Source: Octopus sinensis (Eukaryota). From it: a stretch of 15,249 nucleotides of DNA. The stretch is taken from the NCBI RefSeq assembly GCF_006345805.1, contig NW_021825667.1:1-15249 (forward strand), given 5' to 3'. The notes below the pieces were generated by a model. The model did no database searches. It saw only the letters and a list, made by a program, of their open reading frames with translations, and was not told the origin of the DNA. Position numbers and translations under genes: made by a program. Positions 1-10,135 of this stretch are shown in pieces (position 1 is the stretch's first letter; every line of letters begins with the position of its first letter).

Positions 1-292
1 CTGGAGTAGCTTGGCTTAATAGCTTCAATGATTATTCACGTTTGAAAACTGACAGAATTTCAAGCGAAATAAATTCACTGATATACGAAATTAGAAATTT
101 CATTTCTAAATCTCTAATTTCATTGAGAAATTTAAAAATACAATATTTTAATTAGATATATATATCACGTTTACATTTATATAGTAATATGCGTAATGTT
201 TCTACATATGTATTATTTGTATATACTACCATATTAATACACACATCATACATGTTTGTACATACATATGCAAGCACATATTGAATGTGTGC

Positions 293-340
293 ATATATAT
301 ATATATTATATATATTATATATATATATATAATATTATAT

Positions 341-406
<66 letters not shown>

Positions 407-418
407 CGACAGACAGAC

Positions 419-450
<32 letters not shown>

Positions 451-510
451 GGTTAGATAGATAGACAGAGAGATAGATAGACATACAAATACACACACAC
501 ACACATATAT
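293..510. repeat. Compound microsatellite (TA)n-(GA)n-(GACA)n-(GATA)n-(CA)n
   Basis: Tandem di- and tetranucleotide tracts read directly. Confidence 0.95.
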
Positions 511-935
511 TCTTTTATTTTTCTGCTTGTTTCAGTCATTTGACTGCGGCCATGCTGGAGCACCACCTTTAGTCGAACAAATCGATCCCAGGACTTATTC
601 TTCGTAAGCCTAGTACTTATTGTATCGGTCTGTTTTGCCGAAACACTAAGTAACGGGGTCGTAAACACACCAACGTCGGTTGTCAAGCGATGTTGGAGGG
701 ACAAACACAGATACACAAGCACACACACACACACACAAATACATACATATATATATATATATACATATATACGACGGGCTTCTTTCAGTTTCCGTCTACC
801 AAATCCACTCACGGGGCCTTGGTCGGCCCGAGGCTATAGTAGACGACACTTGCCCAAGGTGCCACGCAGTGGGACTGAACCGGGAACCATGTGGTTGGTT
901 AGCAAGCTACTTACCACACAGCCACTCCTACGCCT
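511..935 (-). mobile_element. tRNA-derived SINE, OK-like (family A), full length
   Basis: Minus strand begins AGGCGTAGGAGTGGCTGTGTGGTAAG (A box), has GGTTCAGTCCC (B box), a central TA/TG microsatellite and a ...TGACTGAAACAAG tail. About 11 homologues occur in the window. Family name recalled from octopus SINE literature. Confidence 0.88.
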
Positions 936-939
936 ATAT

Positions 940-1110
940 ATGTCAAAACACAGATATACAAACACAGATATATGTGTATACATATATATATATACATACT
1001 AATATATGTATATATATATATATATAAACGTACACGCACACATCTCTCTCTCTCTCTCTATCTGTCTGTGCTTATACATATACATACATACATACATACA
1101 TACACACAAC
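940..1110. repeat. Mixed (TA)/(CA)/(CT)/(TACA) microsatellite
   Basis: Direct reading. Confidence 0.9.
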
Positions 1111-1392
1111 ACGCGTTTTTCAACTTGTTTTGCAAGAGTTTGCAACCGACACCGTATGTTCAAACCGTTAACGCGACACGTTCGGTGGGTCACAATGCCA
1201 ACAAACATACTCATTGGCTACGGTTCACTTCAGTCTGCTCGGTGCGTCTTGAGAACACAGTCAGCATCAACCACAACTTTTCAATGATTACGGTTATGTA
1301 ATATTACAACATTTGTTTGGTGTAAATCAAGTGATTCATAAGAAACGAGTGTGTTTTTTAACACCACGCTTCTCCCAGGGCCTCTCCTTAGC

Positions 1393-1423
1393 ATATATAT
1401 ATGTGCGTGTGTGTATGTTTATG

Positions 1424-1460
<37 letters not shown>

Positions 1461-1753
1461 TGCATGTATGTATATATATATATATATATGAGTGTATGTA
1501 TATGTATTTATATATATGTGTGTGTGTATATATATGTATACGTGTGTGTGTTTCTGTGTGTATATAAATGTATATATATATGTGGTGTATGTATATATAT
1601 ATGTGTCGTGTATCTATATGTATATATGCGTGCGTGTGTGTGCAAATATATATATATATATATATGTATGTGTATATATATGCGTATGTATGTATATGTA
1701 TGTAAACACCTATATATATATATTCGCCTTTATATTTTGCCCGTGTATGTTTG

Positions 1754-1796
<43 letters not shown>

Positions 1797-1803
1797 ATAT
1801 ATA
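1393..1803. repeat. Long mixed (TA)n/(TG)n microsatellite
   Basis: Direct reading. Confidence 0.95.
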
Positions 1804-1986
1804 CAGTTCAATTTGAAAACTCCACCAGAATGGACGAAAGCGCTAATATATGATATATAAGTTATATGATGTATAAAAACATGTAATATACAAATAAATT
1901 TCTGTAAATATAAAACCATCCGATTTTCTGAGTACCTCATTTCTTCTAATATAAAATATCTGTACATCATCTCCAAACCTTCCAAT

Positions 1987-2472
1987 ATCATCATCATCAT
2001 CATCGTATAACGTCCGTTCTTCATGCTAGCATGGGTTGGGCGGTTCGACCGGGGATCTGGGAAGCCAGAAGGCTGCTCCAGGCTCCAGTCTTATCTGGCA
2101 ATGTTTCTACAGCTGATGCCCTCCTAACGCCAACCACTCCGTGAGTGTAGTGGGTGCTTTTTACGTGCCACCTGCACAGGTGCCAGGCGAGGCTGGCAAC
2201 GGCCACGGTCGGATTGGTGTATTTTATGTGCCACCGGCACGGAGCCAGTCGAGGCGGCACTGGCATCGGCCACTCGTCGGATGGTGCTTTTTACGTACCA
2301 CCTACCATGGATCCTGGCTGGTTCAATCGATTTCGCTTTCGCTTGCCCCAACATGTCTTCGCAAGCAAAGGGGGTTGGCATGGGTGCTGTCGTACGGTCG
2401 GATTGGTGTATTTTACGTGCCACCGGCACGGAAGCCAGTGGAGGCGGCGCTGGCATCGGCCACGAGTCGGAT
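1987..2472 (-). mobile_element. Retroposon (family E) 3' region with (GAT)n tail and internal ~65-bp repeats
   Basis: (ATC)n at 1987-2004, then CTACAGCTGATGCCCTCCTAACGCCAACCAC. Homologous copy at 3801-3962. Internal GGTG(C/T)(T/A)TTTTACGTGCCACC-type units start at 2153, 2216, 2283 and 2405. Confidence 0.7.
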
Positions 2473-2703
2473 ATATGTGTATATGTGTGTTTGTGTGTCT
2501 GTGTTTGTCCCTCCAAGATCGCTTGACGACCGATGGTGGTGTGTTTACGTCCCCGTAACTTAGCAGTTCGGCAAAAGAGACTGGTAGAATAAGTACTAGG
2601 CTTCCAAAGAATAAGTCCTGGGGGTCGATTTGCTCGACTAAAGGCGGTGCTCCAGCATGGCCACAGTCAAATGACTGAAACAAGTAAGAGAGAGAGAAAA
2701 AGA
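2473..2703 (+). mobile_element. OK-like SINE, 3' half only (left arm of a palindrome)
   Basis: Reverse complement of 2715-2945; ends in the TGACTGAAACAAGTAAGAGAG tail. Confidence 0.88.
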
Positions 2704-2715
2704 GTACATAAGTCC

Positions 2716-3160
2716 TTTTTTTCTCTCTCTCTACTTGTTTCAGTCATTTGACTGTGGCCATACTGCAGCACCGCCTTTAGTCGAGCAAATCGACCCCCAG
2801 GACTTATTCTTTGGAAGCCTAGTACTTATTCTACCAGTCTCTTTTGCCGAACTGCTAAGTTACGGGGACGTAAACACACCACCATCGGTTGTCAAGCGAT
2901 CTTGGAGGGACAAACACAGACACACAAACACACATATACACACACACAATATATATATAGATATATATATATATATATATATTATATACATATATACGAC
3001 GGGCTTCTTTCTGTTTCCGTCTACCAAATCCACCCACAAGGATTTGGTCGGCCCGAGGCTATAGCAGAAGACACTTGCCCAAGGTGCCACGCAGTAGGAC
3101 TGAACTCGGAACCAAGTGGTTGCTAATCAAGCTACTTACCACACAGCCACTCCTACGCCT
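2716..3160 (-). mobile_element. OK-like SINE, full length
   Basis: Colinear with 511-935. Confidence 0.9.
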
Positions 3161-3317
3161 ATATTTTTTTAATTAAATTTATTTTAACATTTATTAATTT
3201 AATCTGAGTATACATGTTTGTTTCCTTCTAACAAAAGTTAATTTTGATTTAAGGTTTCTTTCGATTTTACATAATAGGATTTTTAAATCGTAATTTTAAA
3301 TTTTTTGCATATCTTAT

Positions 3318-3731
3318 GCAGGTGTGGCTGTGTGGTAAGTAGCTTCCTAACCAACCACATGGTTCCGGGTTCAGTCCCACTGCGTGGCACCTTGGGCAAG
3401 TGTCTTCTGCTATAGCCCCGGGCCGACCAAAGCCTTGTGAGTGGATTTGGTAGACGGAAACTGAAAGAAGCCTGTCGTATATATGTATTATATATATGTG
3501 TGTGTATGTATTTGTGTGTCTTGTGTTTGTCCCCCTAGCATTGCTTGACAACCGATGCTGGTGTGTTTATGTCCCCGTTACTTAGCGGTTCGGCAAAAAG
3601 AGACCGATAAAATAAGTACTGGGCTTACAAAAAAGAATAAGTCCCGGGGTCGATTTGCTCGACTAAAAAAGGCGGGTGCTCCAGCATGGCCGCAGTCAAA
3701 TGACTGAAACAAGTAAAAGAGTAAAAGAGTA
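3318..3731 (+). mobile_element. OK-like SINE, near full length
   Basis: GCAGGTGTGGCTGTGTGGTAAG...GGTTCAGTCCC... through the GAAACAAGTAAAAGAGTAAAAGAG tail. Confidence 0.9.
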
Positions 3732-3800
3732 TCACCGGTTCTTCAAAGGGGCCGTCAGTTGAAAGGATTAATGAACCGAAGCCAATTTCAAATGTGTATC

Positions 3801-3962
3801 TCATCATCATCAGATCGCCTCCGTTGTCCTGGCTGGGTTGGACGGTTCGACCGGGTTGGCACGCTGGAAGGCTGCGCCAAAAGCCAGTCTCGTTCGGCAT
3901 GGGTTTCTACGGCTGGATGCCCTTCCTAACGCCAACCACTCTGAGAGTGTAATGGATGCTTT
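3801..3962 (-). mobile_element. Family E retroposon 3' fragment
   Basis: (TCA)n tail and CTACGGCTGGATGCCCTTCCTAACGCCAACCACTC; homologous to 1987-2160. Confidence 0.7.
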
Positions 3963-3965
3963 AAA

Positions 3966-4127
3966 GAGTTCAAATTCCGCCGAGGTCGACTTTGCCTTTC
4001 ATCCTTTCGGGGTCGATAAATTAAGTACCAGTTACGCACTGGGGTCAATGTAATCGACTTAATCCCTTTGTCTGTCCTTGTTTGTCCTCTCTTTGTTTAG
4101 CCCCTTGTGGGTAGTAAAGAAATAGGT
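3966..4127 (+). mobile_element. Family B (MetaSINE-like) SINE, 5'-truncated
   Basis: Starts at the B box GAGTTCAAATTCC, contains GCCTTTCATCCTTTCGGGGTCGATAAA (resembles the Meta domain as I recall it), ends AAGAAATAGGT. Confidence 0.85.
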
Positions 4128-4204
4128 CTTCCCACAGGACCCACTAGTTTATAACTATTATTAGTATCCAAAACAGGATCAAAAATTAAAATGGACTTAG
4201 TATA

Positions 4205-5089
4205 TGTTTCTTTACTACCCACAAGGGGCTAAACATAGAGGGGACAAATAAGGACAGACAAACGGATTAAGTCGAGTACATCGACCCCCAGTGCGTAACT
4301 GGTACTTATTTAATCGACCCCGAAAGGATGAAAGGCAAAGTCGACCTCGGCGGAATTTGAACTCAGAACGTAGCGGCAGACAAAATACCTATTTCTTTAC
4401 TACCCACAAGGGGCTAAACACAGAGGGGACAAACAAGGACAGACAAACGGATTAAGTCGATTACATCGACCCCAGTGCGTAACTGGTACTTAATTTATCG
4501 ACCCCGAAAGGATGAAAGGCAAAGTCGACCTCGGCGGAATTTGAACTCAGAACGAAATGGCAGACGAAATACCTATTTCTTTACTACCCACAAGGGGCTA
4601 GACACAGAGGGGACAAACAAGGACAGACAAACGGATTAAGTCGATTGCATCGACCCAAGTATTCATCTGGTACTTAATTTATCGACCCCGAAAGGATGAA
4701 AGGCAAAGTCGATCTCGGCGGAATTTGAACTCAGAACGTAATGGCAGACGAAATACCTATTTCTTTACTACCCATAAGGGGCTAAACATAGAGATAACAA
4801 ACAAGGACAGACAAATGGATTATGTCGATTACATCGACCCCAGTGCGTAACTGGTACTTAATTTATCGACCCCGAAAGGATGAAAGGCAATGTCGACCTC
4901 GGCGGAATTTGAACTCAGAATGTAACGGCAGACGAAATACCTATTCCTTTACTACCCACAAGGGGCTAAACACAGAGAGGACAAACAAGGACAAACAAAC
5001 GGATTAAGTCGATTACATCGACCACAGTGCGTAACTGGTACATAATTTATCGACCCCCGAAGGGACAAAAGGCAAAGTCGACCTCGGCG
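4205..5089 (-). mobile_element. Tandem array of ~4.8 family B SINE units (184-bp period) inside one 17-bp TSD
   Basis: Units start at 4205, 4390, 4574, 4758 and 4942. Flanks are AAAATGGACTTAGTATA (4188-4204) and AAAATGGACTTCGTATA (5090-5106). Confidence 0.93.
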
Positions 5090-5402
5090 AAAATGGACTT
5101 CGTATAAGCGATCCAATATATTTATCAAGATGGCAGACAACTAAAAATATCAAAGAGACAACGTCACACTATTTAGATCGGTTTATCTTCTTCTTCCGGT
5201 GTGATAAATAATCACTGTATTCTATTTACTCCACGTTGCTAAACATCCCTCCCGTCTGCCGTATCAGTTTCCATTGTTTTAACTCTGACTTCCTATGTCT
5301 CATCCTCATTTTTATCATTTATTTCTGTTTTTGATGATATCATTCTCCATATTTCGTAAACACAATAACTGAAAACGCCTCAAATATTTCACTAAACTAT
5401 CT

Positions 5403-5405
<3 letters not shown>

Positions 5406-5439
<34 letters not shown>

Positions 5440-5441
5440 TC
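5406..5441. repeat. (CT)n microsatellite
   Basis: Direct reading. Confidence 0.9.
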
Positions 5442-5451
5442 GTTTAGTCAT

Positions 5452-5674
5452 ACTTACTCTTTACTCTTTACTCCTTATTCTTTTACTTGTTTCAGGCATT
5501 TGACTGCGGCCACGCTGGAGCACTGCCTTTAGTCGAGCAAATCGACCCCCCCCCCAGGACTAATTCTTTTGTAAGCCCAGTACTATCCTATCGTCCCTTT
5601 TGCCGAACCGCTAAGTGACGGGGACGTAAACACACCAGCATCGGTTGTCAAGCAATGCTAGGGGGACAAACACA
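5452..5674 (-). mobile_element. OK-like SINE, 3' half, abutting the full copy
   Basis: Matches 5675-5871; ends at GGACAAACACA where the central microsatellite starts. Confidence 0.88.
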
Positions 5675-6095
5675 TTCTTTTACTTGTTTCAGTCATTTCA
5701 CTGCGGCCATGCTGGAGCACCGCCTTTAGTCGAGCAAAACGACCCCCCAGGACTTATTCTTTTGTAAGCCCAGTACTTATTCTATCGGCCCCTTTCTGCC
5801 GAACCGCTAAGTTACGGGGACGTAAACACACCAGCATCGGTTGTCAAGCGATGTTGGGGGACAAACACAGACACACAAACATACACACGCACGCACACAC
5901 AAACACACACACACACACACGCAGACATATATATATAGACGACGGGCTTCTTTCAGTTTCCGTCTACCATATCCACTTACAAGGCTTTGTTTGGCCCGAG
6001 GCTATAGTAGAAGACACCCAAGGTGGCACGCAGTGGGACTGAACCCGGAACCATGTGATTCGTAAGGAAGCTACTTACCACACAGCCACTCCTAC
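5675..6095 (-). mobile_element. OK-like SINE, near full length
   Basis: Colinear with the other copies. Confidence 0.9.
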
Positions 6096-6112
6096 TTCTG
6101 GATTATTCATGA

Positions 6113-6622
6113 CTAGCAGTATCGCCCGGCGTTGCTCGGGTTTGTAAGGGAAATAACTATATAAGCATTTTTAGAGAGTTACTTCCCTTATAGATGCCAA
6201 TTCGGGCTTTCTTAGCCATTTCTGTTTGGTGTCTTCAAGCCATGAAGTCGTTGTTCTAAAAGAACGCTGGTCTCCTTGACAACGCTTACGACGTTGATTT
6301 CCTTACACTCCCTTCCCACAGCTTCACGAGGGAGGGAAGAAGGGGGAGAAGCAAACAGGTGCAGGTGTGACCATGGACGCCAACTCCGCCGCCATCGACA
6401 CACGAAAAATTATGCATTAAAATGGAATAAAAAATTATGTTAAATTATTTTTAAAATCGTAGACTCATCGTAGACGCGCGCTAATACCCAGACGGGCTCG
6501 ATATGAATCACGACTATAAGATACACGAATTTGGTTAAACTGCACCGCAAAATGTGAGAGTAGTTAGGAATCTAAATCGAAGGGGACAGACACTCACACA
6601 ACTACAGTTTTATATATATAGA
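6113..6622 (-). mobile_element. Non-autonomous Helitron
   Basis: Minus strand reads A|TCTATATATATAAAACTG...CCCGAGCAACGCCGGGCGATACTGCTAG|T: 5' TC, 3' CTAG, subterminal hairpin at 6125-6140, A|T insertion site, no TSD. Confidence 0.8.
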
Positions 6623-6790
6623 TAAACTATCTGACCCTTTCTCTCATTAATACAATCTTCATTTTCAAAACCATTACACACGTCCTCCTTTTTGATATGT
6701 AACTAAATCTCATTTCCTCCCTTCTATAAATATCTTTCATTAATTATTGTCTTCCCTTACATTAATATTTCGAAGACGACTTTTAGTACA

Positions 6791-7784
6791 CTCTTTACTC
6801 TCTTTTACTTGTTTCAGTCATTTGACTGCGGCCATGCTGGAGCACCGCCTTTAATCGAGCAAATCGACCCCGGGACTTATTCTTTGTAAACCCAGTACTT
6901 ATTCTATCGGTCTCTTTTGCCGAACCGCCAAGTGACGGGGACGTAAACACACCAGCATCGGTTGTCAAGCGATCTTGGAGGGACAAACACAGACACAAAC
7001 ACACACACGCATATATATATCCCGAAGGATCTTCCAGGATATATATATATATATATGTCTTCGGAAGATCCTCAACATCAGCTGGGAGACAGAAGAACTA
7101 ACGTCAGCGTGCTACAAGAAGCAAAAATGACCAGCATCAAAGCCTATGTCATCAAGGCCAACTAAGATGGAGCGGGCCCACGTGGTTAGAATGACTGCCG
7201 AACGACTTCCCAACACATCATCTTCTCTCCCAACTCAAAGACGGCAAGCGTACAAAAGGAGGCCAGAAGAAACGCTACAAGGACTCCTGAAATCGAACCT
7301 CGAAAAGTGGTGACATTGACTTCACCAACTGGAGGAAACGGCAAAAAACAGACCACTCTGGAAAACCACCATCCATGAGGGAACGGCGAATTTCGAGTCG
7401 AAAAGGTCTGCAGCTGGAGGAGAAAAGACGACGACGGAAGGAGCGCCACAACAAACCACGTGCGACTCTCCCTTCCGGCACTAGATGTCCGCACTGTGAC
7501 CGATCTTTTCGAGCAAGAATTGGTCTTATCAGTCACCTGCGGACTCACCAATAAATTTGCGCGAAGACCATCATCCTCGACCTTGAGGGATTGCCATAGT
7601 AGTATATATGTACATATATACGACGGGCTTCTTTCAGTTTCCGTCTACCAAATCCACTGACAAGGCTTTGGTCGGCCCGAGGCTATAGTAGAAGACACTT
7701 GCCCAAGGTGCCACGCAGTGGGACTGGACCTGAAACCATGTGGTTGGTAAACAAGCTACTTACCACACAACCACTCTTGCGCCT
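6791..7784 (-). mobile_element. OK-like SINE interrupted in its central (TA)n by an RTE LINE fragment
   Basis: 3' half at 6791-7020 and 5' half at 7604-7784, colinear across the insertion. Confidence 0.88.
7056..7603 (+). pseudogene. Decayed 3' end of an RTE-clade LINE ORF (post-RT region, C-terminal C2H2 finger), short 3' UTR and (TAG)n tail
   Basis: Translation across frameshifts: CLRKILNISW.DRRTNVSVLQEA..LRWSG.HVVRM..ERLP..GGQKKRYKD..CPHCDRSFRARIGLISHLRTHQ*, stop at 7552-7554. These motifs are typical of RTE ORF C-termini. Confidence 0.88.
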
Positions 7785-7918
7785 ATAGTATGTATATATT
7801 GAATTGAAGAATGAATGTAACCCTGATATTGAATGGATCTGATGAGCTAGCCTTATATAACTGTATTAGCTTGTAAAATGTACGAAGTACTATGTATATG
7901 TTATAAATATATATGTTA

Positions 7919-8763
7919 GTTCCTTCTCGAGTCACGCTTGGCTCATTAGGGCCGGTTTCCCGGTTTCCTTGGCGTATAGGTTCCCCACCTTGACGGGACG
8001 CCGGTCCGTCGCAGGTGAGCTGCAAGATGCAGGAGGAAAGAGTGAGAGAAAATTGTGGCAAAAGAGTCAGCAGAAGTTTCGCCATTACCTTCTGCCGGAG
8101 CCGCATGGAGCTTAGGTGTTTTCGCTCATAAACAGACACATCGTCCGGTCTGAGATTTGAACCCGCGATCCCTCGACCGCGAGTCCGCTGCTCTAACCAC
8201 TAGGCCATGTGCCTCCACAATGTTCCTTCTCGAGGCATGCCTGGCTCTTAAAGGCCGGTTTCCCGGTTCCCTTGGCGTATAGGTTCCCCACCTGGACGGG
8301 ACGCCAGTCCATCGCAGGTAAGCTGCAAGATGCAGGAGGAAAGAGTGAGAGAAAGTTGTGGCGAAAGAGTCAGCAGAAGTTTCGCCATTACCTTCTGCCG
8401 GGGCCACGTGGAACTTGGGTGTTTTGCGCATAAACACACATATCGCCTGGTCTGAGATTCGAACCCGCGATCCCTCGACCGCGAGTCCGCTGCTCTAACC
8501 ACTAGGCCATGTGCCTTCACAATGTTCCTTCTCGAGCCATGCCTGGCTCATAAGGGCCGGTTTCCCGGTTTCCTTGCCGTATAGGTTCCCCACCTGGACA
8601 GGACGCCGGTCCGTCGCAGGTGAGATGCAAGATGCAGGAAGAAAGAGTGAGAGAAAGTTGTGGCTAAAGAGTCAGCAGAAGTTTCGCCATTACCTTCTGC
8701 CGGAGCAGCGTGGAGCTGAGGTTTTTTTTCGCTCATGAACACACACATCGTCCGGTCAGATTC
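7919..8763 (-). mobile_element. Head-to-tail trimer of an OR2-like tRNA-derived SINE (~302-bp period)
   Basis: Units start at 7919, 8222 and 8524. Head is TGTGGAGGCACATGGCCTAGTGGTTAGAGCAGCGGACTCGCGG...GGTTC(A/G)AATC; has a V-SINE-like CCTGCGACGGACCGGCGTCCCGTC segment. The third unit is 5'-truncated in the B box. Confidence 0.88.
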
Positions 8764-9270
8764 TTTTATCACGGTTTCGGAGAATATGCCCTCGCTTGAT
8801 TATTCGCTTAATCAGTGGCAAGACGGATGTGGCTTCTCCATCGTTTAAGGATCCAAAACAATTCCCCCGCAATCTTGGCGATGCTGGGAATTTCTTGCAG
8901 GAATAGTTCACAGAACGAACATCCTACGCCGAGACGCAGACACATGGCTTTATTCCGTTAAAGATTTTTGTCTTCTTCTTTTGAGTTTCTCGGCCACCAC
9001 CAGCCGTATTATGTTACACTTAATAAAGAAGTGGGAATATATAAATATATATATATTTGAATATACAGTAGTTTTATGAAGGTTTTCGATGAATGCGCCC
9101 TCGCTTGATATTTCGTCTAAACATTATCCGGACGGATGTGGCTTCCCCGTCGTTTAAGGATCCAAAACATTTCCCCCGCAGACTTGGCGATGCTAGGTAT
9201 TTCTTGCAGCACAGGTTCACAGAACTAACAACCTACGTTGACACGCTGACACATGACTTCTTTATTCCGT
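8764..9270. repeat. Diverged direct repeat of a ~195-bp unassigned sequence (8764-8959 and 9072-9270)
   Basis: Manual alignment gives roughly 80% identity. Shared cores include GCCCTCGCTTGAT, GACGGATGTGGCTTC, TCGTTTAAGGATCCAAAACA and TATTCCGT. Confidence 0.85.
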
Positions 9271-9288
9271 ATAGAATTATTCATTAGT

Positions 9289-9679
9289 TGTGTGGAGGCG
9301 CAATGGCCCAGTGGTTAGGGCAGCGGACTCGCGGTCATAGAATCGCGGTTTCGATTCCCAGACCGGGCGTTGTGAGTGTTTATTGAGCGGAAACACCTAA
9401 AAGCTCCACGATGCTCCGGCAGGGGATGGTGGTGATCCCTGCTGTACTCTTTCACCACAACTTTCTCTCACTCTTACTTCCTGTTTCTGTTGTACCTGTA
9501 TTTGAAGGGTCCGGCCTTGTCACTCTCTGTGTCACGCTGAATATCCCCGAGAACTACATTAAGGGTACACGTGTCTGTGGAGTGCTCAGCCACTTACACG
9601 TTAATTTCACGAGCAGGCTGTTCCGTTGATTCGGATCAACCGGAACCCTCATCGTCGTAACCGACGGAGTGCTTCCCAC
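9289..9679 (+). mobile_element. OR1-like tRNA-derived SINE (~390 bp)
   Basis: TGGCCCAGTGGTTAG A box and GGTTTCGATTCC B box. The 5' ~190 bp is homologous to the OR2-like units; the 3' half differs. Confidence 0.82.
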
Positions 9680-9748
9680 TGTTTAAACCATGTTTGTGTT
9701 CTCCCAGTGAACAGCCTTATCATTACTGGTACTTTAAACTCTTCGGTT

Positions 9749-10135
9749 ACTCTTTTACTCTTTTACTTGTTTCAGTCAGTTGACTGCCGCCATGCTGGAG
9801 CACCGCCTTTAAGTCAAGCAAATCGACCCCAGGACTTATTCTTTGTAAGCCCAGTACTTATTCTATCGGTCTCTTTTGCCGAACTGCTAAGTGACGGGGG
9901 ACATAAACACACCAGCATCGGTTGTCAAACAATGCTTCGGGGACAAACACACACATATATATACAATATACGGCGGGCTTCTTTCAATTTCCGTCTACCA
10001 AATCCACTCACAAGGCTATGGTCGGCCCGAGGCTATAGTAGAAGACACTTGCCCAAGATGCCACGCAATGGGACTGAACCCGGAACCATGTGGTTGGTAA
10101 GCAAGCTACTTACCGCACAGCCACTCCTGCGCCTA
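9749..10135 (-). mobile_element. OK-like SINE, full length, with TSD
   Basis: Flanked by TAAACTCTTCGGTT at 9735-9748 and 10141-10154 (19 bp with one mismatch if extended). Confidence 0.92.

Noticed and set aside
1-100. Possible host exon at the window start
   Set aside because: All three minus-strand frames after candidate acceptors hit stops, and no recognisable protein motif was seen.
4205-5089. CRISPR-like array, or a canonical retrozyme with a hammerhead
   Set aside because: There are no unique spacers, the units are SINE bodies, and I found no CUGANGA...GAAA core on either strand.
7839-7880. CTGATGAG hammerhead core
   Set aside because: The possible stem II (GCTA/TAGC) is not followed by GAAA, and no stem I or III is evident.
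9289-9365. tRNA gene (also the heads at 8145-8219 and 8447-8521)
   Set aside because: The tRNA-like heads continue into SINE bodies and lack a clean acceptor stem and terminator.
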